NCBI GenBank assembly: GCA_041497895.1
Contig: JBGQHJ010000027.1
Span: 1-39,414, forward strand
Origin: Candidatus Methylomirabilia bacterium
GTDB taxonomy: Bacteria > Methylomirabilota > Methylomirabilia > Rokubacteriales > CSP1-6
Direction: 5' to 3'
Length of the DNA stretch: 39,414 bases
The translations under genes and the position numbers were made by a program. The notes under the pieces are model-generated. The model was not told where the DNA came from. It saw only the letters and a list, made by a program, of their open reading frames with translations, and searched no databases. Below, piece by piece: positions 35,887-39,414 of this stretch; position 1 is the first letter of the stretch; every line of letters begins with the position of its first letter.

Positions 35887-35897
35887 GAGGATCGACC

Positions 35898-36743
35898 GTG
35901 AGCGACACCAGTCACGAGCACCTCACCCGGCGGCTCGACCGCCTGGAGCGCGAGAATCTACGCCTGAAAAGGCTCGGCACGCTGGCCCTGGTCGGCCTCG
36001 CCGCGCTCACCTTCATGGGCCAGACCGCCCCCGTCCCGGTGGCCAACACCATCGAGGCCGAGCGCTTCGTGCTGCGGGACAGCTCCGGCAACGTGCGCGC
36101 GAGTCTCGGGCTTCGCCCCGACGGCACCGCCGCCCTCGCCCTGGCCGACGACACGCAGCAGGAGCGGGCGCTCGTGAGTGTCACCGCCCAGGGGCTCGCC
36201 GCGGTCGAGCTGACCGAGCGCAGCGGCCGTCGCCGCGCGGGCCTGGCCGTGCATCCCGACGGCGCCGCGACCCTCGACCTGCTCGATCAGGCGGATCGGC
36301 CGCGTGTGGAGCTGCGCGCCCACGGCGACGGCCGCCCGAGCGTCACCCTGTTCGACCAGGCCGGTCGTCCGCGCTCGCTCCTGGCCCTGACCACCGAGGG
36401 CGCCACCGGCCTCACGCTCTACGATCGTAACGGCCGCCGCCGGAGCGCGATGGGGCTCGAGCCGGCGGGCGCGCCTGCGATCTGGCTCTACGACGGCGAG
36501 GGCAACGGGCGCGCGATGCTCGCGGTCACCTCCGACGGGCAGCCCACCCTCAACCTCTCCGACGCGGGAGGCAAGGGGCGCCTCTGGCTGCGGGTGAGCT
36601 CGGACTTCCAGCTCCCGTTCCTGAGCCTGCACGATCGAGACGGCAAGCAGCGCGTGTCGATCCTCCTTCGCCAGGGCGGCGTGCCGCAGCTGGCTCTCGG
36701 AGACGCCAACGAGCGAGTGATCTGGAAGGCGCCGTCCCCCTAG
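35898..36743 (+). CDS. Hypothetical membrane-anchored protein with about nine and a half 23-aa repeats
   Basis: SD AGGAGG then GTG; N-terminal coiled coil and hydrophobic segment; repeat consensus LxLxDxxGxxRxxLxxxxDGxPx. Confidence 0.8.
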   Translation: MSDTSHEHLTRRLDRLERENLRLKRLGTLALVGLAALTFMGQTAPVPVANTIEAERFVLRDSSGNVRASLGLRPDGTAALALADDTQQERALVSVTAQGLAAVELTERSGRRRAGLAVHPDGAATLDLLDQADRPRVELRAHGDGRPSVTLFDQAGRPRSLLALTTEGATGLTLYDRNGRRRSAMGLEPAGAPAIWLYDGEGNGRAMLAVTSDGQPTLNLSDAGGKGRLWLRVSSDFQLPFLSLHDRDGKQRVSILLRQGGVPQLALGDANERVIWKAPSP

Positions 36744-36751
36744 GCCACCAC

Positions 36752-37426
36752 ATGCACGGCACCAACCTCCTGGTGGTGCTCGGGCTCGTCTTCTACCTGG
36801 GCGCGAGCTTCGTCCTCTGGCGGCTCCTGCTCAAGGAGCCGGCGCCCTCGGGCGCGCGCCGTCGCGACCCGGCCAGCCCGCGCTCGGCCCACCCCCGCCC
36901 GCGCCGCTGGCCGATCCGCCTCGCGAAGGCGGTCGTGACCCTGCTCGGCGGCGCCGCCTCCGGGGCGGCCACCCTGCTGGTGGTCGCGACGGTCGTGAAC
37001 GCGGGCAAGGCGGGTACCCTGAGCCCGTGGGCGATGCTCGCGGTGTGGGCCGTCGGCTCGGTCGTCGCCATGCTGTTCATCGGGCGAGCGCCGCTGATCC
37101 GCCGCGCGGTGACCCGCACCTGCCTCGTGGTGGGCGTACAGGGGGTGGCGCTGCCCCTCGCCACGCTCGTGTCGTTCCTGGTGGCGGGAACGCGGCTGGC
37201 CGGCTCGGCGGGCACCGGCGGCGAGCGCGCGATGACCGTGCTGGGGATACGGCTGGCCGGTCACCTGCCCGCGGTGTGGATGGGCCTGGGGGGATTCTGC
37301 GTCGGCCTGGCCCTCGTGATCGTGAGCGACCGCGCGCGGCGACGCATCGTGAGACGACGCGGAGGCTCCCGTCGCTTCCGCTCCTCCCGCGCGGGCGTGC
37401 TCTCCGCGCGCGGCCGCCAACGCTAG
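36752..37426 (+). CDS. Hypothetical integral membrane protein
   Basis: About five hydrophobic segments; starts 8 nt after the previous stop. Confidence 0.6.
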   Translation: MHGTNLLVVLGLVFYLGASFVLWRLLLKEPAPSGARRRDPASPRSAHPRPRRWPIRLAKAVVTLLGGAASGAATLLVVATVVNAGKAGTLSPWAMLAVWAVGSVVAMLFIGRAPLIRRAVTRTCLVVGVQGVALPLATLVSFLVAGTRLAGSAGTGGERAMTVLGIRLAGHLPAVWMGLGGFCVGLALVIVSDRARRRIVRRRGGSRRFRSSRAGVLSARGRQR

Positions 37427-38730
37427 ACGGCCGCGGTCCGCTCCAGGCGGCGCAGGCGGTCGCGGGCCTCCGCCAGGACGAGCGAGACGTGCACGCGGCA
37501 GTGGTAGACGTCACGCTGGTGCTGTAGCGGCAGGCGCCGCGCGAGCGTCTCGATCTGCCCGCGGAGCGCCTCCAGCCGCGCGATGCCCTCGCGAAGGGCG
37601 TCCGGCCCCGACGCGCCCGCGATGGACCCCTCCAGGTCGCGCAGGACCGCGTAGTGGCGCTCGAGGACGCGGTTGCCTCGCCAGCGGATCACCCAGGGCA
37701 GGATCTTGAAGAGCGGCACCCACACCGCGAGGAGCGGCAGCAACACCAGGCGGAGCTGCACCACCCAGCGCAGGGCCCAGTACGGCAGCACGCGCGACAT
37801 GAACGACTCGCCGCGCTGGAGGAAGGAGTCGGCCGCCTCGTGCAGGGGCAGGTCCACGCCCTCTCGCGTCGGGAAGCGGAGCGGCGCGTCGATCAGGCTT
37901 CCCCCGCCGTGCACCTCGCGAGCGACCGAGAGCAGCTGCTCCACCACCCGCGGGTGCAGCGTCGCCCGGCACACCAGCAGCGCGGCGGGGGCCATGACCG
38001 TGGTCTCCTCGCGCGGCAGGTCGTCCTTGAGGTCGAGCATGCCCTCGGCGAGCCGGACCGGGGACAGGTACCGGAAGTTGCGCGCGAAGGCCACGTCACG
38101 CCGGAAGCCGAGCAGCCGCACGTCCGGACGCCGCAGCAGCGCGGCCACGTGCGAGTCCTGGTACGAGGAGACGAAGAAGGCGGCGTCGATGGTCCCCTCC
38201 TCCAGGCGCTGGCGCGCCTCCGCGGCCGGCAGGCCGAGCAGGTTGTCCCCGCGGGCGGGAAGGCCCAGCTCGCCCAGCAGTGCGCGCGCGATCGCCTCGG
38301 TACCGCTGCCCGGCGCGCCGATCGCGATGCGCCGCCCCGTCAGCGACGCGAGCCCGTCGGTCACCGGCTGGCCACGGTAGAAGATCCAGAGCGGCTCCCG
38401 GTACAGCGCGGCCATGCCCCGCAGCCGGCCTTCCGGGTCCGGGACGAGCGGGTAGGTTCCGCCCTGCACGAAGGCCACGTCGGCCTGTCCGTCGAGCAGC
38501 CGCCGCAAGTTCTCGAGCGAGCCCGCGCTCGGCCGGAGCTCCACCCGGAGGCCCTCGCGCGCCAGCCGGCGCTGGTACTCGCGGCCCAGCGCGTCGTAGG
38601 TGCCTCCGGCCTGCCCGGTGGCCAGCACGATGCGCCGGGGCGGGAACGGATCCGTGTAGCGCAGGCTCAGCGCGACGACCGCGGTAGTGAGCACCACGGC
38701 CACCGCCACGAGCGCGAGCCGGCTCCTCAC
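37423..38730 (-). CDS. TAXI-family TRAP solute-binding protein with C-terminal TM/helical extension
   Basis: LATGQAGGTY, SAGSLENL, AFVQGG, LYREPLWIFYR, IAIGAPGSGT, HEAA; GTG at 38730 overlaps the upstream stop. Confidence 0.85.
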   Translation of the reverse strand: MRSRLALVAVAVVLTTAVVALSLRYTDPFPPRRIVLATGQAGGTYDALGREYQRRLAREGLRVELRPSAGSLENLRRLLDGQADVAFVQGGTYPLVPDPEGRLRGMAALYREPLWIFYRGQPVTDGLASLTGRRIAIGAPGSGTEAIARALLGELGLPARGDNLLGLPAAEARQRLEEGTIDAAFFVSSYQDSHVAALLRRPDVRLLGFRRDVAFARNFRYLSPVRLAEGMLDLKDDLPREETTVMAPAALLVCRATLHPRVVEQLLSVAREVHGGGSLIDAPLRFPTREGVDLPLHEAADSFLQRGESFMSRVLPYWALRWVVQLRLVLLPLLAVWVPLFKILPWVIRWRGNRVLERHYAVLRDLEGSIAGASGPDALREGIARLEALRGQIETLARRLPLQHQRDVYHCRVHVSLVLAEARDRLRRLERTAAV

Positions 38731-39414
38731 CGCCGGGCGAACTCTTCCTTGATCGCCCGCAGGCGCGACCCACTCGCGAGCAGGTCGACCGCGCTCAGCG
38801 CCATGAGCTTGGCCCCGGCCAGCAGCCCGGCTCGCGCGGAGGGCGCCGCCGCGGCCGCCGCGAACTCGCGGGTGTGGATGGCGGTGCCGAGGGCGGCGAT
38901 CTGGACCCACGCGTGAATGGTCGGCGTCACCTGGCTCACGTTGCCGATGTCCGAGGAGGCGAGGCGATCGGGGGCCGCGGGCCCCTCCGCGAGCCCGGCC
39001 GCGCCGAGGTTGGCCGCGAAGACGTCGAGCAGGCCCTGGTTGCGGCGCAGCGGCTCGTACACGTCGGGATGCCGGGTCACGCTGAGCCGGGTGCTGGTGG
39101 AGGCGGCGGCCGCCTCCGCGCACGCGACTACCCGACGGTGGAGCGCCCACATCGACTCGAGGCTCGGTCCGCGCACGTTGAAATCGGCGGCGGCGCGCTC
39201 GGGAATGACGTTGGCCGCCATCCCGCCATCGGCGACGATGCCGTGGATGCGGCAGTCTGGACGCATCTGCTGGCGCAGCATGGCCACCGCGTTGAAGGTC
39301 GCGACGCAGGCGTCGAGGGCGTTGGCGCCCTCCCACGGGTCCACCGAGGCGTGGGCGGCCCCGCCCGCCCACTCGAACGAGACCCGCGCCACCCCGAGCA
39401 GGTCCTGGTGGAGC
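38727..39414 (-). CDS. M20 family amidohydrolase (ACY1L2/AbgB-like), 5' truncated by window
   Basis: G.AAHAS..PWEGANALDA, LRQQ, GGMAANVIP, SSDIGNVS..P.IH, HTREF. Confidence 0.88.
   Translation of the reverse strand, partial: LHQDLLGVARVSFEWAGGAAHASVDPWEGANALDACVATFNAVAMLRQQMRPDCRIHGIVADGGMAANVIPERAAADFNVRGPSLESMWALHRRVVACAEAAAASTSTRLSVTRHPDVYEPLRRNQGLLDVFAANLGAAGLAEGPAAPDRLASSDIGNVSQVTPTIHAWVQIAALGTAIHTREFAAAAAAPSARAGLLAGAKLMALSAVDLLASGSRLRAIKEEFARR

Overview
High-GC (roughly 70% by eye) bacterial chromosomal segment with about 40 densely packed genes, many of them translationally coupled. It covers transport and lipid/organic-acid metabolism. The gene content resembles Candidatus Rokubacteria / Methylomirabilota (inference only). 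I found no rRNA, tRNA, CRISPR array, transposase or phage gene. Main blocks: (1) fbp-fbaB-cyclase; (2) an MFS transporter; (3) an acyl-CoA synthetase coupled to a class III nucleotide cyclase with a heme-c (CxxCH) sensor, a HAMP domain and a guanylyl-type Glu; (4) a ~9.5 kb minus-strand operon encoding a Tat-exported LivJ-like binding protein, an archaeal-like large solute-binding protein, LivHMGF, and a naturally split cyclopropane-fatty-acid synthase with a geranylgeranyl-reductase-family gene between its halves; (5) beta-oxidation-type enzymes and an alkylsulfatase; (6) a sugar ABC set lacking an ATPase; (7) a divergent, apparently leaderless aldolase / CoA-transferase pair with a downstream ThDP enzyme; (8) two pseudogenes, two sigma54-type promoters, a 23-aa repeat protein and a TAXI-M20 pair. 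The best candidates for undescribed systems are the split-Cfa/GGR lipid-methylation cassette and the putative heme-c guanylyl cyclase. All product calls come from motif recognition; no database searches were run.
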